64,000 nucleotides of DNA from Tubiluchus corallicola (GCA_030141605.1 JAQGDQ010000044.1:434001-498000); one strand, 5' to 3'. Counted from the stretch's first letter, positions 47,450 to 61,954 are shown. The notes: a model not told the origin generated them from the letters alone. Made by a program: numbers and translations.

Positions 47450-47700
47450 AAAAATAAAGAAGGATGGAACAAGAAGAGAGTAACACTGAAAGGGGGAGGG
47501 GAAACAGCAAAAAGAGAGACAGAATAAGAGAGAATGACACAGAGAAAGTAAGTGAGAGAGAAAGAGAAAGAGAGAGAGAGAAGAGAGGAGAGGGACAGTG
47601 AAAGGGAGAAAGAGGGAGAGAGAGAAAGAAAGAGGGGAGAAAGAGTAGGGGAAGAGAGAGAAAAGTGGCTGAGAACAAGGCAGAAACAAGAGGCAGACGC
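47450..47700. repeat. GA-rich polypurine tract
   Basis: Direct reading. Confidence 0.85.
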
Positions 47701-49927
47701 AGTCAGTGAAAGGATCGGCTGCATCTATTTATTTGCATCTTGTTTTCCTTGTTCTTTTCTGAATCACATTAGTGGCATGAACAGTTACACAGCTCTAAAC
47801 CGACCGTCTTGCCCAGTTTTTCGTTTTTACCAGTTTTTCTGAAATCTCATTGAGTGCCGAACAATCCGAACCAGTTCCACTGAAAGCCGAGCGCATGAAA
47901 CGGTCTTTCTTTCTTTTGTTAAACGTTCACACTCGTGTTTCGTTATAACTTTCATTTTCATTTTCACTCTCGTTTTCGCCAAACTTAGTTCTGTTACCCA
48001 AAACTTGTTCATACTTTGATTTGATTTGGTTCAAGTATTGTCTTATTCATGTTGTGCATATGTTTTATTATTATGAGTTTAATATAAGTCATTTGTTTCA
48101 TATAACACATATACAACAATTCTGTGTGCAAGAATACAATGAAATGGCACACGATGAACAAGTTTATGTAATAATACGTAATTGCATTGTATATGTTGTG
48201 TATCGTATCAACGAAAATGCTTTAATTCGTTAAATGTCACTATCGTTAAAACATCCGAAAAAATCAAGTGGTTTTGTAAATTTCTAATTTAACAGGTTAA
48301 TAACAAATGAGCTATTATGATTTTTGTCAAGTCTCAATATTAAAAAACTGTTTTTGCAAACCAAAACGTGTATCACGTGTGCAAATTACTTGTACAGTCA
48401 TTGCTGCAATTTCTTCAAAGAAAACGTTCCTAAAAATACAAGCTTAAAATAAATCGCGTCTCTGAAAGCTTTAATTGGCTGCCCTTTCTTCTGTTGTTTT
48501 CAGTTATTCAACTGTTTGTTTCCGTTGCGGTTTGAATTCTTGTGCATTCGAGACACTTAACATCTTATTTACGAATCACAAAGGCATTGAGATAAACGCT
48601 TATGTTGTAACACGGCTTTGTCATCAGCCATAATGCGCTCAGTGACACAGATTTTGCTTTATTCGAGGCGGTAAACCCTTTCAATCTTGTAGAGTGAATT
48701 CTCGCAACCGTATTACCCAGGACTACGAGTAATTGGATTATTGAGATTATTTTTAATTGACATCTAAAGAAGAACCCGTTTATACATCAGTTGTCAAAGT
48801 CTTCAAGTACTTGTTGTTTTCAAGTTCAACACGTTAGTTAAAAATGGGGCTATTGTAGTCGACGAGTAGCCATGTAAGACCATAATAAGATGTGCAAATA
48901 GAAATTTAACTAAATACAAAAGGGATTAACTTCTCTCGCCTAATAAGATTATGATTTGATTATCATAAGTTTTTGGTTGCATCTCATTAAAGATTCATCA
49001 TAATTCTAGTTCATGTACATCGTTATTTTTGTATGTTGTTGTTTTGAAAGGTCTTCACACCTACACATTGCAGTTACTATTTAGATCAGCTTTAAACCTA
49101 TCTTTGTGGTGATAATAAAACTCAGTAATTGCACTTAATAACATTCTATACGTTTTCGACTTTACACAATAAAACCTTCTTAGGCCAAAGTGTTTTATTT
49201 AATTTAAGGCAAGGTGTTCATTGTTTAGGTGGCATTGTACTGGCAGGGTCCAAGGTACAAGGCGTTACTGTTCAAGAATTACAGCCATCAAACAGCGGGC
49301 GTTTTAATTACTTTATAACACGCAGGCAGAGAGAGAATCTGTTTTTTAAACTCTTGAATGCCAAAGGGCTCAAAAATTCAATAGGATCACCTTGGATTCA
49401 AACATTTCGCTGTAAGATTAAACCGAATAAAATCAACAGTGATCGTGTTTAGATCTACGACCACTTAAAGATCTATAAGCATGGCCCCCTAACTGACAAC
49501 AGCGGCCATTCAATTTAAAATCTATGGGAAAGTCGATGAGCGTCTTAATGGCACCAAGTATTGAGGGCAAGATGTTTTTTGATCAAACCTCCCTTTTAGT
49601 AAAGAATTCGCACGGTATTTTTTGCTAAAGAAACTGCTATTTTCATAATAGCAGCACAGCACTATGGCGTTTCTACATTACTAAATCAGTTCGCCAATGT
49701 ACTTGAAATTTTATTGTCAATTGATTGATGGGCTACATTGTTAAGGTTGTACGGATATTGAAATCTCAGCAAATTCAAGATTTTATGTCAGATTTGATCG
49801 CACCAACTAGAAAACAATAGCATGCAGTTGCGCACAGTACTAACTATAATCATTTATAACCCTAATTTTAAGATTTTTAAATGATTAATGATGGAAGGAA
49901 AACTAAATTGCAAAATTTGAGAAATTT

Positions 49928-50005
49928 TGCACTCCACGGTGATTCGAACCCAAGACTTCTGCTTACAGGGCAGCATACTACGCCAACAAATTATTACTGT
50001 AATGT
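49928..50005 (-). pseudogene. Degenerate tRNA-like sequence (Thr-TGT-like loop) / SINE head
   Basis: GGGTTCGAATCACC B-box-like element, ctgc-CCTGTAA-gcag anticodon arm, poor D and acceptor arms. Confidence 0.45.
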
Positions 50006-53000
50006 GAGTAAACTGACATTTTGAAATGTTAGATGATATGGGATAGTTGTCATGCAGTTGGACTTGTCATTAAAAGGACCATGGTTCAAATGCAGCTTCA
50101 AGTTCCGTCTTTTTTAATTTTCCATTCTTTCTGGTGAGCTTGGTTTCAAAACTACATTAACTAACGGGATTGATTCCATTTATAGTACATTCACAACTTT
50201 ATTATAATATTTAATAACAATTGCTTTCTGTTTTACTTACCGGCAACGTTGCAGTAGGCCCAATATTACACTTATGCCTATATATTGTATGCAAGAATGA
50301 TTTGGAACAACAATCCGTTTTCCAGTCAAATTATCTGTTTAAGACCCAAATTACCTGTTTCTATCAGTTGAGATTGAAATCAGGAAGTTGTGGACTATGG
50401 CAACAAGTTTAATGTCTACCTTCTCTCACTTTTGTAGGTGTTCCGCGATCAACAGGATAACAAGGAAATTAATTAAATTATATTATAGCCCTGTTGTGAA
50501 TACCAGATTTGGAAATTTAATTAATCATTTGGGTAATTACGAGACAATTTAAACCAATTTTGTCGATAAAGACTTTTGAATTGTTATTTTTATCTGTTGC
50601 ATTTTATCGTAAATGTCATAGATAATAAAAATCGTTGATTAACTATTTTATTTCCGTCTTTTGTTTACGGACAACTTGAAGTTCAATGCACTACATTATC
50701 TCACATTATATGAGTAATTACCAGTAATAACTAATTAATCATTTAGTGTGACAAAAACTTAGGTCTAAACTATTCAATAAATTTGGGGTGTAAATTAAGT
50801 AATACTGGCTCCTACAAGTTGTTGGATGGATGACTGCAGATAATTTTGTGGGTGCTCAACGTTTGTGGGATCAGGTCAAATGTATTCGCCATACGTGTTC
50901 GCTTCGAAATTCCTAAGTATTATTTACTAATCTGCCACAAAACTGTTTACTGTTTATGTTCTCAGTCTGACTTTTAACTTAGGAATAAACTTTAGTACAG
51001 CAAATTACACAATTACTATGGCTGTAGCCTACAGCATCTTAAGACATCTTTGATGAAACCATTAATTATTGTATAAAGTCATAAACAAACATTAGTAATA
51101 GCACGTCCGCTTGTAACAATTATCGATGGACAAGGTCCTACACGACTTCCAAAAATCGTTCATTTCTTCACCAGAGATTCGCCTACAGATCAAACATACT
51201 GCGAAGGCGTAAGAAGGATGACGCCACACCCTTAAGCAACAGTGCGTCGATTTCTCATACCTTACAAGGTAAAATCAAGGCGGGACTGAAACTGACACAG
51301 TACAATACGATTAGCCTCAGGCTATTAGCAAGTAAACTCACGTAAAATGTTCGCAAACGTTTTTATATTTTAACCTTGTATATTCTTCATCTTCAAAATA
51401 TTTATCATTGTTGTTATTGCTGTTGCTGATATTGTCATCGTCATTGTTGCTGTCGTTGCCATTGTTGTCGTCGTTGTTGTTGTTGCCTTCGTTTCCGTCA
51501 CGGTCATCTTTGTCACCTTCCTCAATAACAACGTCGTAGGTATTTTCGTTCTTCCGTCCATTTCTTCTCTTTCCTTCTGCTTTTCCTCTTCCTTATTACG
51601 TACATGATCTTCACCGCTATAGTTATTATTGTCGTCCCAAACCAAAGACGAGCAAGTTAAATGGTGGACAGCTTCTTCTCCTGTCAAAACCATGCTGGAC
51701 GAGTAATTACACAAGTGATTCATATGAATAACTCTGCTTACAACTGTAAGTAGGGTTTCCTCAAGGCTCTGTAATTGTGCCTAATCTGTTTTTTTGCATG
51801 TACGTGTATAAAAGCAAACTCGATGCGTAATATTCGATATGTTCTATCCTAATAAGAGGGCACGAAGAAAAAGAGGAAAAGGGGTCTGTCTTAGAGTATT
51901 ACAGCACTTAACTGATTTCAGAAGTCCCTTTTATCAGCCTGGCTTTAAATAGAGTGCAGATTTGGTTTGGCCTTCATATTTATCAATTATCGTGTAGCTG
52001 AATAATGTATTTCATACTCGTAATTTAACAAAACTCCCAAAAGGTAGCCAAAGATGCAGAATTTATTTTATATCTCACGGCTTGTCTACTGTCTTAAACA
52101 GCTTCATCTTAGCACTTGTCACAGTAAATTTATTATTAACTTTTTTGTCAGTCTTGTTATTTCTTCTGACATCTTTTTCTAGGCTTAAATGTTCAAAATT
52201 GTATAAACCTTTTCTGCTCACAGAGTTGCTTATATGTGGAATCATCCATGTATGTAATGTTTAGGTTTCGCGATACAAAAGGGTGTTTCTTCCCCAGAAA
52301 CAACATTATATGGAACTCTTTCTCAATTTGCCTGAATTCAGCAATGGCAGAGCGCAACAAGAAACTAAAGATTCACTAGTGTTAAAAGTGAAAAATTTAG
52401 ACGCAGTTTGATCGAACGGGAACGAAAAATCCCCTCGAGTTATGCGATCCACATAAGGCTACTCGCTTTTTTGCAAAGTTGCGCCTGTGAAACTTGGCAG
52501 GTCAGTAGTTTAGTTGTTGCTTCTCAGCCTCCAGGCGGTGCCACTGTCGCGTCTCAAGGACAACTTCTCTTCATAAATTCTAATCTGTTTTTAATAATCT
52601 AGCTATGTTACGTTTACATTACTAAATTGCATTAATATGCTAGACCAATCCACAACATTCTTAGTCTGACTAATGACCTGTTGATAAAATACTCTATCTA
52701 GATAGATGTAATTTTTCCATCACCTATTTCTGATACACGAGAAAAGTCTAGAAGTTGAACTACATTCAGCAATGCATGTAACACGAAAATGCGCTTCGTG
52801 AATTACAACCTGGTGTTTTAGTTTGTGTGGTTATGTTCAAGCTGTGGATGTTGCATACCACATACGTTTGTGTGTAACCCATATAGTATAAAAACTTAAA
52901 CCAAGTCTAACAAAATAAACATCAATGACGCTTCTTAAACGAATTCACATGTATTATCAAAAATTCTTTGAAATTATTGATTTTTCTCGTTTTAATTTGG

Positions 53001-53174
53001 AACAATTTGTGCCAGTAGGTTTGCACATGCCTATACCAAAATTCACATTTGATCTAGAGATTTGTTGACTATTTTTTCTCATTGCAATGTGTGTAAATTT
53101 AGGGTTTCCCAAAAATTCACGCGAAGTAGGCTTACGTCAATAGGACATATAGGAGTGTAAGCTTATGTATACTA

Positions 53175-53300
53175 AATGAACAAAATGAATGAACGAGTAA
53201 ATAAATGAATGAGTGAATGAATGAATGCATGAATGGAGGAAGGAAGAAACGAACGAACGAAAGAAGGAAGAAAAAAGAAAGGAAGGAAGGAAGAAATGAA
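53175..53300. repeat. (TGAA)n/(GGAA)n microsatellite
   Basis: Direct reading. Confidence 0.8.
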
Positions 53301-56300
53301 TAGCGTAAAACCTATTTATGGATAAAAATGAGTAGCTCATTAAAAGCGTTGAGAAACCAGCCCGTGTTTATGCATTATTAATTGGTTATTAATAAGCACA
53401 TATTTTCACCTTTAGTTCAGAGGAAAAAAACCTTCGATTCCGTGTCATTTACCTGCCAGGAGGGTACTAATAAAGGATCATATTTGCTCCTCAAATACAA
53501 TGCTCCCTTCGCTTATTTTTATGACCATCAAGCTACAATTTGCCGATTGTTAGTTGCACTTCTTTCACAGTGAAAGAGACGGTCATGTGTTGAACTTCCT
53601 CCCTCTATAGCTTAGCTACCTCAGCTAATGATGGCCAACGAATTTTGTTAGACGGGGTATTGTGCGTGAAGGCCGTGAAACAAAGCTGCGATTGTTTTGG
53701 ACCGTCCTGTATACACATAAGTCGATGTAGGGCTCTTTTCAATACACTTTCTTCACAGGGTTGACGGAAATAACTGTGTGGTGACGTTATGTGTTTGGTT
53801 ATTTTATTTAAGCATCGCCAGACTTAGTTAGCAACTACATGGTTTTTTCTTGTTTTTTTCCATGGTATTGTTAATTGCATATGTATACGCGTGCAAATTA
53901 ATAAGATATTTACGCTAGTTCATTGCCTGATCTTACAGGAATGGTCTTGGTAATGAGACACACGTTTTAAAGCTACAATCATTACCCGTTAATAGACAGT
54001 AATCGTTGTCGTTAAATACTTCTAATACTAGCTTGCAGTATGCTGATCACAATGGGAAAAATTAGCAATTAAACATCAAACCAAAAATGGTATTTACTGA
54101 AGCAATGACAGCTAGAATATGTAGTCACGGTTTTGGTAAATAATCATTAAAACCAGAAGATGTACTTTCCATAAGATATAAGTGCAAGGCTCCCTTTGAA
54201 CTGCGCGTCAGTGATTTCCCATGAAAACATGTTATTAGTATGTCACAGTGAGAGAAACCAAGTAGCTTTATGAACTGCATTTAAAACTGAATTTTTCACA
54301 GGAAAGCTTGGCGGCGCGTGTGTTGCGTGCGTGTGTGTGTGAGAGAAAAAAGTGTGAGACAGCGAATGAGCGAATGAGAGAGTGGGAGAGTGAATGAGTG
54401 ACAATGTGTGATTTAAAGTGAAAGAGCGTGCTAACTGTAACATTGCATTTTGAGCTTCTAAGCAGCTGCTGTTGTTGTATAGCTTAACCATAACTCCTTC
54501 TTACTCTTTTTTTACATTTTACCTGTCCAGCTGATTGTTTGTTCAGCGCTCCACCTGTTCTATTGTTAAGCTACGTAAAGCTCACCCTCGCTTTGCCATT
54601 CTTTAATACAGAGTTCTCTATAACTTTTCATTTGTAGTTTTCACTTTCACTTTACTGCTAGAATAGCTTAATAGTTCTTACTATTCCGTTTGCTCATGTA
54701 CGTAATACAAGCTACGTAATTAGATTGTTTAAATAGATAAGCTTAGATACAATTAATGAAATTAAGACCCAAGCTTCCAAGCGCAGGGCTTTTTACATTC
54801 TCTGGGTACCTACATACGGTTACTCGTGTCTGTCATCAGGTGTAATAATAGACTTTATTTTTTAGTTAAATTTGGAAATGAACTTTAGAAGAAAGAAAAT
54901 TACCACAAATGCCACTGAAGACATTTATTTTAATGAATATACTTGCACAAAGAATGCATGCAAATTATTACTAAAATAACTAATGTTGAGCCTTGTGGGC
55001 AATTTTTTTACAATGATTATTTCTTCATCTAATCTTTTACCGAGCATGCGCAATCATTTCATTTTTCATATCACTGCTTTATTTTTCACTCTTTCAAGCG
55101 GTTTGTTCACTACAAAAGTCAGTCTGTTGTCCAAATTTCTGTCTGCTTAATTAAACTAAATTTCGCGTTATTTGCCCATAATTGTTAGTAATGAGGGTAA
55201 TAATTTGCGATTTCATGATGTTCTATTTTAAAGCTAGCGCTTCGAATTGGCGCAGTTATTTAACGTCAAAATGTTCGAAGTCCTATTTTACTGGAAAATA
55301 TGACGTTGAGAGAATCTTGGAGTAACTGATGTAATCATTAAGCCTCAATTTGATTTGATCATTTTTAACTAAGCATTCCAGTAATTATAATGTACAACCA
55401 AATATTCATGGTAAATCTGGTCTGAACTGTAAAACTAAGATTGGCGTGACAAAATTGTCTTGGCCTCAAAAGTGTTTTTATTACTTTGATCTAAAGACTG
55501 GTAGCTATTTAATAAATGTACAAGTAAGAATACTGAAGAACTACGAAAACCGTCACGTATTATAACCCCGTAGGTACAATGAATCATTAAAGAACCTTCT
55601 TCGTATTTTTGATTAGTGCCTATAAGAATTTTTTGTTTGAAAATCATAAATTATTGTTCAATAATATTCATCGCTATTCGATGTTATTTATCGATAACCT
55701 TTACAACATGATGTATTGATAACATCTAAAGTAATGCAGCGCTGTTTCTCTAGATAAATAACAATTTCTAGATAATCGTTATTGATGAATATTCAGCCAA
55801 CGACTACATTTACTTCACTTTTGTTTTTGCAAACGGTGTCGTATTTTAAATTACAAAAAATGTCGTCGAATTTTTGACAACTGTCACGTTTAAGAAAATG
55901 GCGTAAAGGTAATTACTAAGTCTTGTTAAAAAGACGCCTAAAATGGGTTTAAATTTAAATGATTTCAAATGTTTAAAGAAAATTGCCATTAAATCGTAAA
56001 CGAAAGACGCCAAAAATAAGTTTATAATCATGAAAGAAAGATGTTTCCAATGAGCTTCAACTCTTGAAAAAAACATGCCTTAAATAAATTTAAATTATGA
56101 AAGAAGGTAGTCTTATATAAATTTAAAAGCTTGAAAAAAATGCTTCAAAAGTCTCAACTTTGAAAGAAAGGTACCTCAACTATTTTGAACGAAAGATACC
56201 TTTAATAAGGCTAAAATTTTGAAAGATAGTCTACACTGAAATAAGCTTAAAAAACTCAAACTTGCTATAATCTACAATCGATGATAATACTATAGGACAC

Positions 56301-56759
56301 GGAGGTAATTAATTGAGATTTTCCCCTACTTGCGCAGGTAATTAATAAAGATTTCACTTACCTTGTACCGAGCAGCACAATACATATAATCCTATCACCA
56401 ATAGTAAACTTGAGCACCTTGTGAATTCATTCATTATAATAATTGCACTTTATATAAAAATATCACAACATTATATAATAATAACAATATTCCACCCCGT
56501 TCTCCGGCAGTTAAGTACAGAGAGAGTTTTTTTCTTAATGATGAACTTCCCGGCACCTCTTTATCTCTCTCTTTCTCTCTCCTTTCTCTGACAGTTCACT
56601 TTAGAGTCTTGTTTCAGATTTACAACATTCTACCTCCTTTTACTTTCACTAAAATTTTACCTGCAGGCGTTTGGATTGTTGGGATGTGTGTCATTGTATG
56701 AGGGTGGAAGCAACCAGGCGAGGAGACGCCATTGCTGTCCTAGCAGACGATTTTCATGG

Positions 56760-57242
56760 AATGACGCATGCGCAATTTAATAGATAACAATCTCGCGAGG
56801 AACAAAATTAGTTCCCAAACTCAATATGAGATATGTATGAACCATAAAAAGGTGTGAAGAAGAGTGGCGACTAATGGTCTTCAAAACGTTATAAATTAAA
56901 AAGTCCAACACAAAGTATAAATCGAAGTCTATGAAACTGGTGTCCAAGGTACTTCTGCTGTTAAACGAGACACCTAGTGGACACTGACGATGACGCTGGT
57001 GCGGTTGCCTGCTTATGGCGGCAATGCTACTGCTGCTGGTGGTGTTTCTGTTACTGCTTTTTCTCCTACTGCAACTGAGGTGCTGCTCTTGATGAGATGG
57101 CGGTGGTATTGTTGTTTGTTTTGTCGCCGCTGAAGTAGCTTGTATAGTAAACTGTATTGCTGAGGGTTGTGATTACGATGACGATCACGACGACGTCGAT
57201 GATAATGATTTTAAGTGACGACAGCATGATGATGGTAGTAGG

Positions 57243-57273
<31 letters not shown>

Positions 57274-57900
57274 ATTCTGCTGATGCTGATGATGACTGAT
57301 GGTGTAGGTGTTGGTGATGATCAAGATAACAATGAATAATGGCAATGAAATAATAAAAATTATACTATTTTTGTTGTAACTTTTGCTGTTGTTGGTGGTT
57401 GTGATGATGGTGATGATGACGACAATCATGTTGTTGTTGTTGTTGTTGATGATGATGATGATGATATTGATGATAAATGATGATGATGAAGACGACGACG
57501 ACGATGATGATGATGACGACGTCGACGATGATGATGACGATGATAATGGTAATGATGGTGATGATGAAGAGGAGGAGGAGGAGGAGGAGGAAGAGGAGGA
57601 GAAAGAAAATTAAAATGAAAAACCGACAACAATGGCAAGGATATTCAATTTCACGTTCGCATAAGATCACTTTATGAATTTACGAAACTTATATTTCTTT
57701 AACTTTTAATATAAATTTACATTATTCAAGACCCTCACTGCTCTTTTGAGTTTTAAACTTATAATTTGCTTGAACAGAAGCGTCTCATCAAGACTACCTG
57801 TCGGTTAATTAATGAAACGTCAGGTGCGAAACGGAAGTTCTCTGTTCTAACCGCATAGTCAAGTGCTTTAACTTCTCAAGTAGAAATTGCGCGCATGCGT
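56760..57900. promoter_or_regulatory. Candidate promoter motifs (NRF1-like, TCTCGCGAG, ETS-like)
   Basis: ACGCATGCGCA 56764, TCTCGCGAG 56791, ACGGAAGT 57831, TGCGCGCATGCGT 57888 in otherwise AT-rich DNA. Confidence 0.3.
57170..57610. repeat. Compound trinucleotide repeat (GAT/GAC/GTT/GAG)n
   Basis: Direct reading; source of the poly-D/E/H/M spurious ORFs. Confidence 0.92.
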
Positions 57901-58529
57901 AGATGAGCAGCCCAACTGAGATGGGCTTGCATTTCCTGACAGAAGCAATGACCTTGTGGCCCTCGTTGAACTTGTTCTATTGAATTTATTCTTTCACACG
58001 TGCACTTTTACTTTCAAAATACCAGGGCATATCCGCCGCTTTTACTTTCAAAGCACCACGGTATATCCACCATTTTTACTTTCTTGAATGCTATCTACAA
58101 GAAAGCAAAAAATTGGACCTCTGATACGTTTTCTAATCAGAGATTTGAGCTTTATGAGTTTAATATTAGTCATTTTAGTCAGCTGTGTTTTTGATTATTA
58201 GTATTTTCTCATGCATTTTCTGTCTATTTTAACGAATTAAAATTTACAAAATTAAACACGGAAAGAATAATAATATACAATGTTTTAAACTGCCGCTGTA
58301 ATTTATTAGTCACCTGAAGATAAACTACAGTGATGATTTGAAACGTCGTGTTTTTTCCTTTTCCTTTTTTCATTCCTTGTTAATTATGGGCTGTTTTAAT
58401 TCATCGCCATTTTCTTTTCAAGAATTCAACGTATTCTGCAGTTTATTTTAAAGGCTTTCTTGTACACTTCTGATATGCCTGCTTGTAGGTACGTGTACAC
58501 GAAATTGCATTTTTCCCATAATGAGCAAA

Positions 58530-59200
58530 ACTACGATGTAATATTGTAAATCTTTGGAAGTCATTGCCGGTCGAAATTAAAAGTGTTGAATTATTAGCAA
58601 AATTCAAAACATTAATTAGAAAACACAATATGGAAAGATTCGAATATCTAAACCATCAAAATGATAAAATCAGCTCGACTTCTAACTTTATTTACCCCCA
58701 AATTCATTAAAAGCAAAGTTGTGTATATTCAGTTGTTGACCGAAATTTAAGTGTAATAATATAGTTATTTGAACGTCTTTGTAACACTTAGGCTGTATAG
58801 TATTTGTAATGTTTTATGTTTGCCCGATATATGGCCTATTGATTTACATGTAAACAGAAATTATTGAACTGTTCGAATGTTTAACTGTACCCTGAGAGGG
58901 TTTTGTGTCTATGTCAAGATGCGTGTGTATGTTAACTCTGTGATATGTATTATTTTATATGAGATTGTACTTGTAAAAGGGTGCTTTTGGTTTTTTAGAT
59001 AGGAGCACTTTTCTGTAGCTAATATCATTTTTTACTTTATTACTTGTGTCTTTTACTGCACCCCTACCGCATTCGTAATTTTAATTTTTTGCACCAGACG
59101 CATTTGCCTATTAGCAGTGTAGCCCAGGCAAACACTGAACGATATTTCACACTGTATAATGTACACTATCATTATTTTATGGTAAATAAATAAATAAATT
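58530..59200 (+). mobile_element. CR1-like LINE 3' end
   Basis: IVNLWKSLPVEIKSVELLAKFKTLI resembles CR1 ORF2 end (WNSLP...FK); (TAAA)n tail at ~59183-59198. Confidence 0.55.
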
Positions 59201-59204
59201 ATTT

Positions 59205-59224
59205 AAGTAAATAATCGGATCTGG

Positions 59225-59255
<31 letters not shown>

Positions 59256-59447
59256 CCGATCCGATTATTTACTTTATTAATCAATACCTAAAAATTAATA
59301 AAAGACACGAAATAATAATACATAATACATCATATAACAATATTAATATTATTAATAATATACACCAATTCGGTTCAATACCTAAGACATCTAAATATTA
59401 GGTCTAAAGTCGACAATCTTAGGCATTGAACCGATGTGGTGTATATT
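59205..59447. repeat. Two adjacent hairpins/palindromes
   Basis: 59205-59274 palindrome with (TA)n centre; 59357-59387 vs 59417-59447, 31-bp arms with 3 mismatches. Confidence 0.85.
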
Positions 59448-59969
59448 TTACAAAGATGTTACTGCTTTAATGACACTACGGCTACATTGTAACTGTGCTG
59501 TGTACAGGCTGCAGTGGGATTTGTATAAGCTGCGCCCTGATCAGTGAACTCCCGTTTTACAAATTTTATAGCCGAAAACTTGTATTGTCCCTTCTACTGC
59601 CGGCTACGCCTCTGATAACATCTGCTAAATTTTAATTTTCTGTCAAGAAGGGAAGTGAACCTCGTCTCTAAACCTCTGGCGAATTGTGAAATTCAAGTAG
59701 TGAAATTTAAACGGTATGGACTTATGTATTTCGATTCAGTGGCATAGCATTCTGATTTGAAAACGTTTTAAAAATGTTCAGTTCGCTCGTTTGTTTACGT
59801 TTTTATTCTGGCGTTTATTTTTTTAATTGAACGTTATGTATTTTTATGTATTAATTAATTTATGTATTATAATGTATTAGCTAAACATTAAAAATTATGT
59901 AAACATTAATCAATTCATCATAAATTATTCATACGTCATTTTACACATTCGTTCTATTATTTATTTTTA

Positions 59970-60145
59970 CATTCATTCATTCAATGATTATTCGTTATGT
60001 CGTTCATTCATTCACTCATTCATTCATTCATTCATTCATTCATTCATTCAGCCAGTCATTCATTCATTCATTCATTCGTTCATTCATTCATTCAGCCAGT
60101 CATTCATTCATTCATTCATTCATTCATTCATTCATTCATTCATTC
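59970..60145. repeat. (TTCA)n microsatellite
   Basis: Direct reading. Confidence 0.92.
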
Positions 60146-61653
60146 GTTTGGTCTGTTTTTCACTTTTTCACTTTGTTGATTCATTTGTTCATTCAATTAA
60201 AGCTGTTTGTTTGTTTACCCATTCTCCCATCCAGTCATTCAGCCATGTTGTTTTCCATTCGATGATTCATTAATGCATTTTACTGTTTTTTCTCGTTTGT
60301 TCTTTCATTCATCGGCCAATCAGTATGTCTATTTATTGATCCATCCACTGAACCATCCCTCTATTTATTCCTTCGTGCATTCAAATTTTTTTCCAATTTA
60401 CATGTACTAAAAAAACCAGTCGAAGGAAATTATTTTTAATACATATTGCCATGCACTCTATACACGCTTTCTCATCTCAAGCAGTTAATAAAAGTCCATC
60501 TTTATTCTTTAAGTGGGACGCCGACCCAGTAAGTCTTGTTATTGTGTTGAGTAATCATGTACTATCGTGTTGGTAATACTTTATTGCAGATGTGCACACA
60601 CTAAATTATAAACTTGTATGTAGCAAACTTATTACGTATAGCTCATTTTGTTAGATGTAATTCACCATATTAACCGTGTAAACTCTCAAAAGAATGTAAC
60701 CTAACATTTAAATTGAATGAAAGAACAAGTCACTAAGCGTGTTGGGTTTATTTGACTGCTACCACGTAAAATTGTAAAAAATTAACAAAGAAATTTGAAA
60801 AAACTGTCTGTAAAATACAGTAAAGCATAAAGTTAATTTATTCTACCGCTGCATAGGAACTTTCAGGTGCGGTTGTACCCTGCCATTCACCTGAAAATTA
60901 TGACGTAATGGTAGACTTCGTGATTTTTCGTAAACGCATCGTGGCTTTCCACTCTGTTTACACTAATTCAAACTTCAGCAGCTTACCCAATGCACGCGCA
61001 AAAATATCAAAAAAATTATCTATCTAGTTTCTTGCAAAAGTTTTTTTTATACTTTTGACGAAAATTGACAGTATGCTTTCTTTCTTCAGTCGATGAACAA
61101 CATCATTGGTGGACGGATAGACATTCAACCAAGCGTAAAATGATCACGACTTTAAAATGACTTTACTAATTATATGAAACGCTTATCACATTTTTATTAT
61201 TAAATCTTTCTAATATTCTTGTGAACATTGAAATAAGCCTACCTTTCCAGACGGCTTGGCCCTTCCTTTAAAATTGTTACTTATATTTGTACGTAAGAAA
61301 TACCAGATAAGTAAAACACGAATTAAATACTAGATAAGAAACATTGTGTTCAAATTGCCGTAATTGAATGGTTGCTCAAGGAAATGCGAAAAAAATGATG
61401 CAGGTCACGGAAAAGAATTCTTAGGTAATTTGTTAAGAATAAGCAATAATTATAAACGTTCTTCTTGACATACTTGAGGTGCTGTTAATACAGAAAAAAC
61501 TTTTTAGCAATGAGTTCGAAATATAAGAGGCCCGATGAAAAAATTCAATTTTATGAATTATAAAATTTCCGTAATGCAGAATTACACGTTTTTCTCTATA
61601 AGCGTTTTCGGGCTAATTTCAAGAAACCTTCAAGTTTCTCAGCGCATTTTCAG

Positions 61654-61954
61654 CATATATATGCCTACGGGCCGATTTTTTTCAGGGGGGGGGGAGGGGG
61701 AGGGGGGCTGAACCGACTTGATTCTCGAATTGCCTCACCCCACCCTATGACCAATTAAAAAATACTCGGATTTCGAGCACTATATTTGGTGGCATAGAGA
61801 AATTTCGAGATTTTCTTTTATGAAAAATCATAAAATGAAATTTCTTCATCATTAGGTGGTGCCCGAAAAATTTGGCAATTGCCCGAAAAAATGTGTTTGC
61901 TCGAATCCGGGGGGTGGGGCTGCAGCCCACCAGCCCCCGGCTCGTACGCCTATG
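61654..61954. mobile_element. Non-autonomous hAT-type MITE
   Basis: Perfect 8-bp TSD ATTTTCAG at 61646-61653 and 61955-61962; imperfect TIRs (..atgcctacgggccg / cggctcgtacgcctatg); internal G-runs and TTGCCCGAAAAA repeats. Confidence 0.8.

Noticed and set aside
47266-47842. S/L/F-rich and E/R-rich ORFs
   Set aside because: Translation of a GA/CT low-complexity tract.
57157-57677. Poly-D/E/H/M ORFs
   Set aside because: Products of trinucleotide microsatellites that are open in many frames.
59984-60265. (HSFI)n ORFs (also at 43056 and 53137)
   Set aside because: (TTCA)n microsatellite.
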